Under the pieces are notes generated by a model that was given only the letters and a program-made list of their open reading frames with translations, was not told the origin of the DNA and did not search any database. A stretch of 64,000 nt of DNA. Source: Squalus acanthias. Taxonomy: Eukaryota. Made by a program: the position numbers and the translations under genes. Below, piece after piece: positions 23,743 to 35,828 of this stretch (the first letter of the stretch is position 1; each line of letters starts with the position of its first letter). The DNA lies in assembly GCA_030390025.1 (NCBI GenBank), contig CM059439.1, forward strand, positions 63,550,001 through 63,614,000. The letters are read 5' to 3'.

Positions 23743-26384
23743 ATTGTCAGTCTTGCTAGAATGTGTAACTCAAGCAGGCATTCCGGTTTCAAAACCACAT
23801 TGCATTTCTCCCACTTGTCCTCCTCCGACATATATTTGCCCATAGCTGCAGAGTAGTTCCAATGTTCAAATAAACCATGGTTTCATTCCACTGTATTTCT
23901 TCCCAAAAGTGATCAAGCAATTCTTCTACCAGGGAGGAGGAGAAGAAGGAAAATGAATTGTTGAACGCTGCTGGAGTAACAAGGATATTCTCAAGCACGG
24001 GGTGAATACAGATGATACTGACTGAGCATTGCAAGTGTATTTAGACACCTAAAGGAGAAGATTAGAAGAAACTTTTTCAAGCAGAGAATTATCGGAATGC
24101 AGGATGCTTTTCCACAAATGGTGATCAATGCCAAATCAGTTACAGCATCCAAAAAGCTACTAGATTAAGGAACATAAAAAGGAAATGGAGAAAGCAGGCA
24201 AATGGGCCTAGTTTCAGGAAAAAATAGGAAAATGAATTGTGCAAACACCAGCGTACAGAGAGGGCTTAGATACAGGCAAACATTGCCTCCCATGCTAAAA
24301 TTTGGATGTAAAATTTTAACAGCAAAAAAGTGATTTACAATGCCAAGAATCTTTACTTTTGGCTTAACATAATTTTTAACTAATCAACATTAACTGAGCT
24401 TCAGGCATTGGTAGGACAGTGCAGTACGGGTGGCAAAGAATGCAATGTCTGATAGAACAAGTGATGCTGGTGCAGTGCACTGGCTCTCCAGTAAGCTGTG
24501 CCATTGAGTAGTGGGACACAGGTTCAGCTATGCATTGCACAAATAATTGATTAAAAAGTAACTTGCAGAGTAGACTGTTTTCAGTGTAATGTACTTCCCA
24601 CCTCCACCAAAAAATAATTGCACTTCCCCTCTCCACGGAGACCTGAATTTGAAGTACTCCCCTCAGCGCAGGGAGCTGTTTAGTTGACACCTTCTAATTT
24701 CAGCCAGGGCAGTGGCTGTTAGGGGTGCTGCAACTGGGTCCCTGTGCCCTGGCCCAGAGAGCAGGAAAATCAGGATTCCCAGAGTGATCCCTGCTAGAAA
24801 ATCCTGCTCTCATCCAACACCAATCCGTCCTCCTGTCTTTTCCCCCCACGCACCCCCACCCCACTCCCAGTCAAATCACTTGTCCACACTTGCTGTCAAG
24901 GCTTATGGAGGAAGACTGGTTATTGGGTACCAGAGAGATTTAAAAAAAAAGAAAAGGCTATTTGGCATAACATCTAATTTTTGATTGATCTCAATCTTAC
25001 TTTCTCACCATATCCCTCAATCCCTGCACTCCTAAAAGTTGCTTCAAACCATCTATGCTGTCTGCTTCAATGGTTTCCCCTGGTAATTTATTGTATGAGT
25101 CAAAGAAAGTTTTACCTGACTTCCCTTCTGACTCCTTCCCAATGCTTAACTTGTGCCCCTGGTATTTGGATCCTTCTCCCCACCCCCACCCCCCAACACC
25201 ACCCATGCTGAATTGGTCAGCATTCCTGGGCTATGTAGGCCAAAATTGGCAGGGATTCTTGTTCCTGATCGCTATCCAGTGACTCCTGCTGGAAAGTGCA
25301 TGTGTGTGAACATCAGGTCACGGCATGTTCAATTTTGGTGTGTAATGCCCCATATGGTCAAATAGCTTGTTAATACTTTGATTTATACATGAAGAATGGC
25401 CACTTGAACGAGGTACTGGAGTGACTGTAAACTGTATCTACATGTCAGGCATGTCATTTTCATTTTTTTTGGGAGGGGGTGTTAGGAATCCTCTTTGTGT
25501 TTCCTTGGAAATTGGTATTTGTTGTCATCCTATCCACACACATACATTCTCCAGCAGGGGGCACTGTATAACAACTACAGTCGAGGTTCACACAGGAAGA
25601 ATATCTACTTGGCAAATGTACCAGAAGGCTACCAGTGTCTGTGTAAGTGTGCCCCAGCATAAGTCAGTGGCTTCAAGAAAGGAAATTAATGGAGTGTCAA
25701 ATTAAAATGCTTCATTATGTAAAGGATTTTAAGTTCATTCGCATTGTTTTGGATGTCCTATGGCATTGCTTCTGGTAAGTTGAAGGATATGCTGATTTAT
25801 AATGACTGGAGTATAATACCATAAATGATAGACGTGGTAAAAAGGCAGGTAATGGAGTTGAAGTCCATCAAACAGAGTTAGACTTGTTTTGATGTGTTAG
25901 AAGGTGGCACGGTGATGCCAAAATAAATATACTGAGTTCAATTAAAGCACTGAGGCATTTATTTTTGTTGCCACTGCTGCTATTCGTGCCTCTATTAATA
26001 AACTCATCTTACTCTATAACCAAGACCTGGTCTCTGTATTAGATATACCACCATCTTCTGACTGCATCGCCCTGACTGAGATCAAGCAGCTCAGCAGGAA
26101 TCAAACCGGATCTGTATGGCTCAGTACCACACAGGGCAGAACACTTACCAACCGAGTCCCTGGGGAACCTGCTGATCTTGTAATCTCTGCGTGATATTCA
26201 ATGAAATATTGAACAAAATAGTTTTACATAAAAACTGTGAAAAAAATGTAAACTTGCCACTGATCGCAGACCCCTTCATTCCACATTGTTATTGCTTTCC
26301 TGCAGCCCACATCTACTTTGCACAGCTGCAGTAAAATAACACTGTCACCTGGCACTTGAGAGAGGCCGGGCGCTATAGACAAAG

Positions 26385-28345
26385 GCGAACATACGAAATC
26401 GATGGGCTGGAAAAGACCAGCTGGCCCATCGAACCTATCCCACACAACCGCAATGCCTGGAGCATCACGATTAGGCACCCATACTCACCAGCACACATAC
26501 CCACCTGATCACCATTAGTCAGGTAATCTCCTGGGAGAGGCAAAAAAAAACAATGTCAATGAAAGAAAAAGAAAATGTGGGAAATTCCACTCCAACTCCC
26601 TTAGGCGATCGAAACAAGTTCAGGAGACTACGTAGACCATGCATATAGTGCTTGGCATTTTACTTACCCTTTATGACGTGACCTTCTTCCCAATCAGGAA
26701 CTGGATAAACGCTTTCTTGAAGACATGCAGGAGAATCTGCACTCATCACGTGAGCTGATAACTTGTTCCATAGGTCTACTATTCTCTGGGGAAAGAAACA
26801 TCTAACATCTAACCTAGCCCTACCCTTACATAAATTATACGCACGACCTCTGGTCTTCCCCAACCTATCGAGTTGAAATAGTCCCTCAAGCAGAACACAA
26901 TCAAGCCCTTTAATAATTTTGTATACCACTTTCAAATCATCCAGAAATCTATGCCTTTCTAAAGGGAATAGACCCAGCCTTTTAAACCTTTCTGAATAAC
27001 AACGGTCTTTTAAACTAGGGATAATCCTCATGGCCCTCCTTTGGACTTTTTCCAAAGCTTCTATATCGCCCACCAAAGAGGGACCAAAATTGGTGCAGTA
27101 TTCCAAATGCAATCTAACCAGGGTCTTGTACAAGGACAAGACAGTTTGTTTTATATTGAATAGTTCTATTTATGCAACATAATACCCTGTTTGCTTTGGC
27201 TACGGCTTCTCAGCATTGGTTATGAACCTTTAGAGTGTTACGAACAATAATGCCATGATTGGCAACTGATTTTAATTCGGTACCATGTAGTGTGTAAGTA
27301 CACTTGGTATTTATCTTGCCCACATGCATTACACTGCACTTATCAAAGTTAAAGGACATTTGCCAGAGTTTGGCCCAATCACCTAACACATTTAAATTTG
27401 TTTGCAGAAGTTTCTTCTACTGCACAGTCCTGACTCCCATACAAATTGTAGTGTCATTTGCAAATGTGCAGACCATTCCCCCAACATTTACATGTAGGGC
27501 ACTGATGAAAATAGTAAAAAGCAATGGCCCCAAGACCGATCCCTGTGGGACACCACTAGTAGCCAGCCTCCAAGCAGATCCATAGCCATTAACCACATCT
27601 TTCTGCATATGAGAATGTAGCCAATTCCTAATCCATGTCAGGCTTATGAGCCTGGAGTTCCCTGGATCTGACTTGTCACCCTTTTTGAAAATCGGCATCT
27701 TTCCAATCCAAGGGCACAATCCCAGACTCCAGCAAGCTGCTAAAGATAAGGGAAAGGGGCTTGCAAATCACACGTTCCAGCTCGGGTGGATGTCATCCGG
27801 ACCCGCAGCGTGATTGAATTTAAGGTGCTTTATTCTATTTAAGACATTTTCCTCTTTTATTGTAATATTCTCAATTTTCCTGTTTACAGCACAACCCGTG
27901 TCTAGTAGTTGGGTATCGTCCACGGGAGTGTAGACTGATGCAAAATAATCATTGAACACCTTTGCCATGCCCGAGATTCTACTTCCATTTTTTCTAAGGT
28001 GTCTCTTAGTGGTCCTAAGCAGTCCTTAATGGTCCGCTGACTATAAATTAACTAAAAATGCCTTTGCCAATACTCCTGCAATTATCAACAATCTTCTTTC
28101 CCATTAATCTCTTAGCTGCTCTAATAGTTACTTTTGTTACCCTTAATTGTGCGTGATACTTATCTCTATTTTCTTGTCAGTTATTTTCCTTCATCTATAT
28201 CTAGCCACGTTTCTGGAATACCTATGATGTCTAAATTCTCTAATGATGCACAGGACTGTAATTCCATCAATTTATCTCTAATACTCCTTGCATTTGCATA
28301 AAAGCATTTTAAGGGTCGATCTGTTATCTGAATTGAGGTTACTTT
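26385..28345 (-). mobile_element. CR1 LINE (distinct subfamily), heavily internally deleted
   Basis: EN start KCFYANARSI..IIGIPETWL, GPDDIHP, SGVPQGSVLGPLLF, LYKTLVR.HLEYC, 3' stem-loop tail. Confidence 0.85.
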
Positions 28346-28409
28346 CCCTTTGTATTCTTGCCCCTGGGCTATAGAATGGCTGGCTGGGTGTTTCATTGAG
28401 GTTACCTAT

Positions 28410-30132
28410 CCTAACAAGGTCTCAGGAGCAGATGGAATCCCCGCCGAGGCACTAAAGCATGGCGGAGAAGCACTACTGGCGCGAATTCATGAACTCATTT
28501 CTCTTATCTGGAAGGAGGAGAGCATGCCAGGGGATCTCAGAGATGCCGTAATTGTGACCATCTTCAAGAAAGGTGACAAGTCCGATTGCGGTAATTACAG
28601 AGGAGTTTCCCTGCTGTCTGCCACAGGGAAAGTAATTGCAAGAATCCTCCTCAATCGCCTTCTCCCAGTGGCCGAAGAGCTCCTCCCAGAGTCGCAATGC
28701 GGATTCTGCCCACTAAGGGGCACAATGGACATGATCTTCACCGCACGTCAATTGCAAGAGAAATTTAGGGAACAGCACCAACCGCTGTACATGGCCTTCT
28801 TTGATCTCACAAAGGCCTTCGACACTGTCAACCGTGAGGGATTATGGAGTGTCCTCCTTAAATTCGGCTGCCCTCAAAAGTTTGTCACCATCCTCCGCCT
28901 GCTTCATGACGACATGCAAGCCGTGATCCTGACCAACGGTTCCACCACAGACCCAATTCACGTATGAACCGGGGTCAAGCAAGGCTGTGTCATCACACCA
29001 ACGCTCTTCTCGATCTTCCTTGCTGCAATGCTCCATCTCACCCTCAGTAAGCTCCCCGCTGGAGTGGAGCTAATTTACAGAACAAACGGGAAACTGTTCA
29101 ACCTCCGTCGTCTCCAGTCCAGATCCAAGGTCGTCCCATCCTCTGTCGTCGAATTACAGTATGCAGACGACGCTTGCATCTGCGCTCAGTTGGAGGTCGA
29201 ACTCCAAACCATTGTCAACACCTTCACCGAAGCGTACGAGAGCATGGGGCTTACACTAAACATCCGTAAGTCAAAGGTCCTCTACCAACCTGCCCCCGCC
29301 ACACAGTACTGCCCCCCGATTATCTAAATCCACGATAAGGCCTTGGACAACGTGGACCACTTTCCATACCTCGGGAGCCTACTGTCAACAAGGGCAGACG
29401 TCGATGACGAAGTCCAACACCGCCTTCAGTGTGCTAATGCAGCCTTCGGTCACCTGAGGAAGAGAGTGTTTGAAGACCAGGACCTCAAACCTGCCACTAA
29501 ACTCATGGTCTACAGAGCAGTAGTAATACCCGCCCTCCTGTATACCTCAGAGACATGGACCATGTACAGCAGGCACCTCAAAGCACTGGAGAGGTACCAC
29601 CATCACTGCCTCAGCAAGATTCTGCAAATCCATTGGCAGGATAGGCGCACCAACGTCAGTGTCCTCGCTCAGGCCAACATCCCCAGCATCGAAGCTTTGA
29701 CCACGCTCGATCAGCTCCGATGGATGGGTCACATTGTCCGCATGCCCGATACGAGACTCCCAAAACAAGCGCTCTACTCGGAGCTCCAGCACGGCAAGAG
29801 AGCCCCAGGTGGGCAGAGGAAATGCTTCAAGGACACCCTCAAAGCCTCCTTGAAAAAGTGTAACATCCCCACCGACACCTGTGAATCCCTGGCCCAAGAC
29901 CGCACAAAGTGGAAGAGAAGCATCCAGGAAGGCGCCGAACACCTCAAGTCTCTTCGCCGGGAGCAAGCGGAAGCCAAGCGCAGGCAGCACAAGGAGCACA
30001 CGTCAACCCAAGCACCCCATCCACCCGCCCCTTCAACCACCGTCTGCCCCATCAGTCACCTGAGAACTCATTTTTAATGTGGAATCAAGTCATCCTCGGT
30101 TCCGAGGGACTGCCTAAGAAGACGGGAGAAGA
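28410..30132 (+). mobile_element. RTE-clade LINE (BovB/Expander-like), 5'-truncated
   Basis: NYRGVSLL, FFDLTKAFDTVNR, GVKQGC, LQYADD, LRWMGHIVRM..RLPKQ. One reading frame with two stops. AAG-type tail. Confidence 0.9.
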
Positions 30133-31424
30133 CAGTGTCTGTTTTTTTGCATTGAATAAGTTCACAAGTTTCACAAAAGCCAGCCTATGTTCTTCCAGTG
30201 GATCATACCGAAGCAAATAAACACATTTATAAATACAGCAACAAGAATCAAAACTATTGCAAAGACACTGAAGCTGAGAATCACCAGTAAGAAGTGATCC
30301 TTTTTAATATAACAGATACAGAGTTAAAATGAGAAGCTCCCAACTAAGACTGCACTATATAAAAACAAAACATCTGATGTTGTGAAGGTCAGAAAGAGAG
30401 GCTGTGACCCCGGTGTCAGATACAATATTTCCATCTGTCCATCCATAGCTGTGATTAAAACCATCTGCCATGAGATGCAACAAGATGCTTTGGGTTGCCA
30501 GTAACAAGACCTAGTACAAAAGACTGTTGGCCAACTTTCCCTCAGTGAAACAGACATACAAGGTGAAGAGTATCAGCACAATGAATTTGTTGCAGTCTCA
30601 TGTGGTTTGAGGGGGTATATTGTCTAACCAGCACTATCCATGTACAAACAATTACTGCACCTGTACTAAATCTCTCTGGGTCCTTTTGTAATGTAGGTCT
30701 TAACCCATTTAATGGCTGCAATAAAAAATAGAGTGATTTAGTATGATCATTTTAAAAGGGTAATTATGTGCTCCTATGTTCCCAGTGTTATAGTCCTAAC
30801 TCCAGCTCACGGTCTCATTGAGTATGTTGGCCCCACTGGGAGCATGGGATTGCAAAATTATCCACAAAGTAACGTCACTGCGGTTTCTTTTATGGTGCAG
30901 GTTTGTCATTGATAGGTTTGTTTAAGAGGGGCTGCAGCCAGTATTTCTTCCCTTCCCTCTTCTCCTGCAGTGACATATGCTGGAATATGGTTCTCGAACC
31001 ACTTGTATCCCCCTCCTAGCTCACTAAAATAGCCATTCTTCATTTGTAAGCCTAGACAGTGATTGTCAAAAAGCTATGCAACCATGGAGAGCGTCACAGC
31101 CAAGCCTGATTCTGCCCTCACTTGACACCCACACATGCGCAGTTCCCAGCAGGGGGTCACTCAGTAGCGACAAGGAGTAGAAACCCTGGTTGAATTTTCC
31201 CCTCCCTGTTGTGCTGGGCTGAGGCCAATTATAGCATCTTATCTGATGCCCCAGCTGAGATCAGCTAACTAAGCACAGGCCAGGGATGAATCCCGAGACC
31301 TTCCTGCTTTCAGTATCACACTGTACAGCACATTTACCCACTCAGCCATTGGGCGAGCAACTTATTTAAGCAGTAGGATCTCACTTGTACCACTTGTGGA
31401 TGAAAAGGACCCAATTCAGTAAGA

Positions 31425-31835
31425 AGTAAGCTGGGGTTGTTCTCCTTAGAGCAGAGAAGGCAATGAGGAGATTTGCTAGAGGTGTTTAAAATCATGATGG
31501 GTTTAGATCGAGTAAATAAAGAGAAACTGTTTCCAATGGCTGATGGGTCGATAACCAGAGGGCACAGATTTAAGGTGACTGTCAAAAGAACCAGAGGCGA
31601 CATGAGGAAAAACTTTTTTTAAAAACAAGTGGTTAGGATTTGGAATGTACTGCCTGATAGGGTAGTGGAAACAGAATAGCTTTCAAAAGGGAATTGGATA
31701 CATTTTTGAAGGAGAAAAAATTGCAGGGATGTAGGGAAAGAGCCGGGGAGTGGGACTAACTGGATTGCTCTTTGGAAAAACAGGCGCAGAGTCGATGGGC
31801 CAAACAGCCTCTTTCTGTGCTGTACTATTCTATGA
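31425..31835 (+). mobile_element. CR1 LINE 3' fragment
   Basis: LGLFSLEQRR..KLFPMA.GS.TRGHRFKV motif and CR1 tail. Confidence 0.8.
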
Positions 31836-32014
31836 TTTTTAGGAAAATGAACAAAAGGGAAGAATTTCACAGAAACCAGGATCTGCGACTGCTCTGAGAG
31901 TTTCCTGAAGAGAAGGGATTAAAATTTGCTTTTCAAAATGTTTGCTCTTAAAGACATTCCACCAGACTGATTAACACACCATTACAAGTCTAAACCTGTG
32001 ATCATCTCATATCT

Positions 32015-32335
32015 TTACAGCAGGACCAGACCTATGATAGCAATCAACATGAGAATTCCAGCCAAAACACAAATACCGATGAAGACAATGTCGCTGGTAT
32101 CTTGCATTCTGGAAACCTCTGGCCCATCTACCACCTTCGACTTCTCATGGTTTGGATCCACCAGACTCTCAGCCAGCTGCTGGAGCTGGTACAGTTCTGT
32201 GTCCGTAATGATGTTGTAAGAAGCTGCTTTTCTCTTGAGGTCACACTGCACCTCATATTCCTGGGTGTCTCCCCGTGTTCCATCAGAAAAGTTTATGTAC
32301 AAAATATTCACAAAGATGGTGATGTTCCTTCTTCG
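32015..32335 (-). CDS. CDCP2: CDCP2 final exon (rest of ZP-N-like segment, stalk, C-terminal TM helix)
   Basis: cag|RRRNITIFVNILYINF...EYEVQCD...QDTSDIVFIGICVLAGILMLIAIIGLVLL*. Confidence 0.9.
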   Translation of the reverse strand, partial: RRRNITIFVNILYINFSDGTRGDTQEYEVQCDLKRKAASYNIITDTELYQLQQLAESLVDPNHEKSKVVDGPEVSRMQDTSDIVFIGICVLAGILMLIAIIGLVLL

Positions 32336-33842
32336 CTGCAAAGCCAAAAACAAAACAGTGACCTAGTTTCCAATTGCATGTGGACTAACTCTGAAAGACA
32401 TAGAGCTCACAAGGGGACAGTGACACCATCTTCTTCATAAGAATGTAGGAAACCAAGGAATGGAAAAGGATATTCAGCCTTTGAAGCTGTTCATTTCACA
32501 GACAACGTACTCTACATTAAACATCAACATTAAACAAATTTGCAATTTACCTTAAGTTACAAGTTCAAGATCAATCTGTACTGACTAACTCAGTTTCTGC
32601 TTCCATGATGCACTCATTCAGCCAAAAACAGGGACAGTCTGGACCATGCTTTCATTTCATCACCAATATTGGTTGACAAGAGGCACACATAGCAGGGTGG
32701 AATAGATCCCTGAGCCAGCGTTCCTCACAAATCCACTCCTCCCCTAATTAAGATTGTGCACCCTGTTTGGAAAATGCCCAATCAAACAAAGCAAATAACT
32801 GGCAAACCTCACTCAGAGGCCAGTCAAGGTTAGGGTGTGAACTGTTGCGAGGCTAGGTTTGGCCTACTGGGGAGGGGGAAATCGAACTCGAGTTCAGGAA
32901 GGGGACCGAGCTGGGAACTGGAGAATGCCGACATATCTAGTCTGAAGGCCGAGCCAGGAACTGCACAGACCTTTAGGCCGAACCTGGAGGCTGAAGACGG
33001 GTGACAGAGGATCCTGGGAGCAAAATGGAAGTGGTCCTCCAAAGCCACTTTGGCTGATCTCAAAATGATTGGGGGGATCATGAACCACTGGGTGTGAATG
33101 CGTATTTTTCGAAATGTAAGTTTCATGTGCTGAATTTTTGTGCTCCTCAAGCTGAGCGATGTCGCCGTTTAGGAATAGAACACCTTCCCATTTAAGGCAC
33201 CCAAAGTCAACATCAAACAATCCCAGGTCAGGTGCAGCACAGGTTAGATCCACAGTAAATTTCTATTCTGGTGCAGCAATGTCCCTTAACTTAAACCTCA
33301 AAAGAGCACCTCCTATCACACCAGTGTGATGTTAGCATTTTCATTTTCCACACCAACCATCCTTACAGCCTTTGAGCAAGATTGCCAAATTTGTGCCAAA
33401 CTTTTAACTGGGCTGAAACTGCCTCAAACTCATTTTGTGTGAGACCCATCCAATCAGCAGAGAAGATTTTCATCCTATTGGTGTTGGCCTCAGACGTGAA
33501 ATGATCGCGTGCCAACTCAATTCATCACCTGATTTTTTAATGCGGTTTTAATGCAGTTACTGGCTACCTTCTGATATTTTCAATGCTTCCCTCCCTCCCT
33601 CTCCCCTCCTCTTTCACTCTATTTCTAGCCCTATGGCCAATGTATAGATCTCTGAAACAAAACATATGCCTTAACAGTATGGTGAAGGATGAGTGCTGCA
33701 GTCATACCGGAGGCGGTATGACTGGCACTCATCCCCTGTTAATTTTAATTTTTCAAAATACACACATTTTGTTTGTGGTCTTTTTAGTCTTGGTGCTTGA
33801 TTAGATTATTCCATTGAAAGGACACCTTTGACAGCCAATTAC

Positions 33843-34021
33843 CTGGGTCTTCGTTCCGCAGGCATCAAACCGTGAGATTATTTTGTATGCTGAGCCAAAT
33901 ACCTGGGCCGTACAGCCCTGCCTTCCTAGATAAATGTTGCTTCGACTGAGCGAAGGAAGAGCCTGCACAGCAATCTGAATCTGGAAATCTGTTCTAGTGC
34001 AGCTGATGTTCATGGGAACGA
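33843..34021 (-). CDS. CDCP2: CDCP2 exon 5 (ZP-N-like segment)
   Basis: (V)VPMNISCTRTDFQIQI...LGRQGC...RFDACGTKTQ, AG/GT boundaries, phase 1 to 0. Confidence 0.9.
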
Positions 34022-34114
34022 CTGAAACAAATAAAAGAAGCAAAACTCAATTAATACTCAGTAGCTCTGGCTGCATCTGTTACACAGAATAATCCGCAGA
34101 ATACTGAAGATTAG

Positions 34115-34385
34115 TGGGCCTGATTACTCAGTTAGTAAATACACTGCCCAGTGTGGTACTGGGCTCAGTGATTCAGTTAGTAAATACACTGCCCAGTGTG
34201 ATACTGGGTTCAGTGACTCAGTTAGTAAATACACTGCCCAGTGTGGTACTGGGTTCAGTGACTCAGTTAGTAAATACACTGCCCAGTGTGGTACTGAGCT
34301 CAGTGAATCAGTTAGTAAATACACTGCCCAGTGTGGTACTGAGCTCAGTGACTCAGTTAGTAAATACACTGCCCAGTGATACTAG
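34115..34385 (+). repeat. 45-bp minisatellite, about 6 copies, derived from a SINE tRNA head
   Basis: Unit actcagttagtaaatacactgcccagtgtggtactgRgctcagtg starting at 34126, 34171, 34216, 34261, 34306 and 34351. Confidence 0.95.
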
Positions 34386-34399
34386 GTCCATGGTTCAGT

Positions 34400-34830
34400 T
34401 GCCTTGTGTGCCAGGTGATTCAGTTGGTAAACGATGTGGTACTGAGCGACACAGACCAGGAAGATCCCTGGTTCAACCCCTGATCTGTGTTAAGTTAGTT
34501 TATCTCAGCTGGGGCAGCAGTAGGGACGCTACAAAAGACCTCAAGGTCCCCCATACCCCGGGTGAGGTAGGACAAGAATCAGCCAGTGCTCCCTCTCTGG
34601 ATCATTTTCTAGTTTTCTCTGCTGGAAAGTGTACACGTGTGGACGCAAGTGTAGATGAAAGGACAGGATTAAGCTTGGCTGTGTTGGCCCCCCACAGTTG
34701 AACAGCTTGCCAACACAACTCCATAGGTTCACACATAAAGAGCAGCCACTTGGGTAAAGTAACGGAGGGTGGCCTGTGCTTGTGGAACCTTACCACAGCA
34801 TGGTTAGGAAGAAAATCGGAGGAAAAATGA
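34400..34830 (+). mobile_element. Old SINE family B copy
   Basis: A-box-like tgattcagttgg, B-box-like ggttcaaccc, family body motifs. Confidence 0.65.
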
Positions 34831-35474
34831 AATACTGACTTTTAAAAAAAAACGTATTTAACATTGTAGTCTCAGAAAAATCAATCAATAGAATACAATA
34901 TGAAAGATCCCTGTGGATATCACAGCTAAGGGGATGCGAGAATCCTGGAACCAACAGAATCTGGGATTGCTAGTCTCTGTGCACATGTTCCCAATGCTTC
35001 CACGAGGCCTTGTTGCATCTGTCTATTATTGTGTTGTTATATTTTGACTATTTCTAAGATTTGGGACATTTAGCTATTTGACCTAGAAGGGATTCTGGCG
35101 TAATTAATAAGGTCAGATTCCAGTTACAAAGGATTAACTCCCAGAGATACACAATGTTGATGACAATGATGATTAGATGGGAGCACCAGACAGAAGAGCA
35201 TTTAAATTATGGACTTTCACATGTCACATTAGTGCTGCACTGGAGTGTCAGCCTAGATTATGTGCTCAAGTCTGTGGAGTGGGACTTGAACCCACAGCCT
35301 TCTGACTGGGAGTGCTACCACTGAGCCACACCATCAGAAGAGTTATAGTTCCTTAACTGAAATGGTCATTCCCACCATGATGCTTTCTTTGTCTATCAGG
35401 TACATCATTAGATAAATTTCCACCCAAATACCACACAGTTAATGATTCCTTGCCATGATGACCTCGCCACTTAC

Positions 35475-35828
35475 CACCGGTGTACGATACATGGAAGCCA
35501 CGAGAAGCTGTATTCCTGTCAGCAGACAACACAAATAGAAGTCTGTTCCCATTGGACAGCAGTGAAGGGGGTGAGTTCCGACCGCACCATTTCCCCAGCA
35601 ATGTGTCAGTCTCACTGTCTCCATCAAAGATCGCCAGAAAGTCATAGTCGCAGGCGTCACTGAGGCTGTCCCTGTCCTCTAGCTCAAAATCAATGAAGTG
35701 AACTTTCACCCTGTAACTGAGAGGCTGCTGGACTGTCCAATGACAGTTGATATTATTGGGGTATATATTTGGGTATCGGGGGCTGGAAAAATTCCCTTTA
35801 ATGGCTGTGAATACTTGCTGACATTCAC
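35475..35828 (-). CDS. CDCP2: CDCP2 exon 4 (CUB3)
   Basis: (G)ECQQVFTAIKGNFSSPRYPNIYPNNINCHW...CDYDFLAIFDG...GKWCG...SRGFHVSYTG, 354 bp, phase 1-1. Confidence 0.95.

Noticed and set aside
32830-33253. Overlapping 106 and 119 aa ORFs in CDCP2 intron 5
   Set aside because: No recognisable domain or convincing splice sites. Probably an unclassified repeat.
34114-34701. CRISPR-like array or 15-aa repeat protein
   Set aside because: Head-to-tail repeats with no unique spacers, no cas genes, and a vertebrate intron context.
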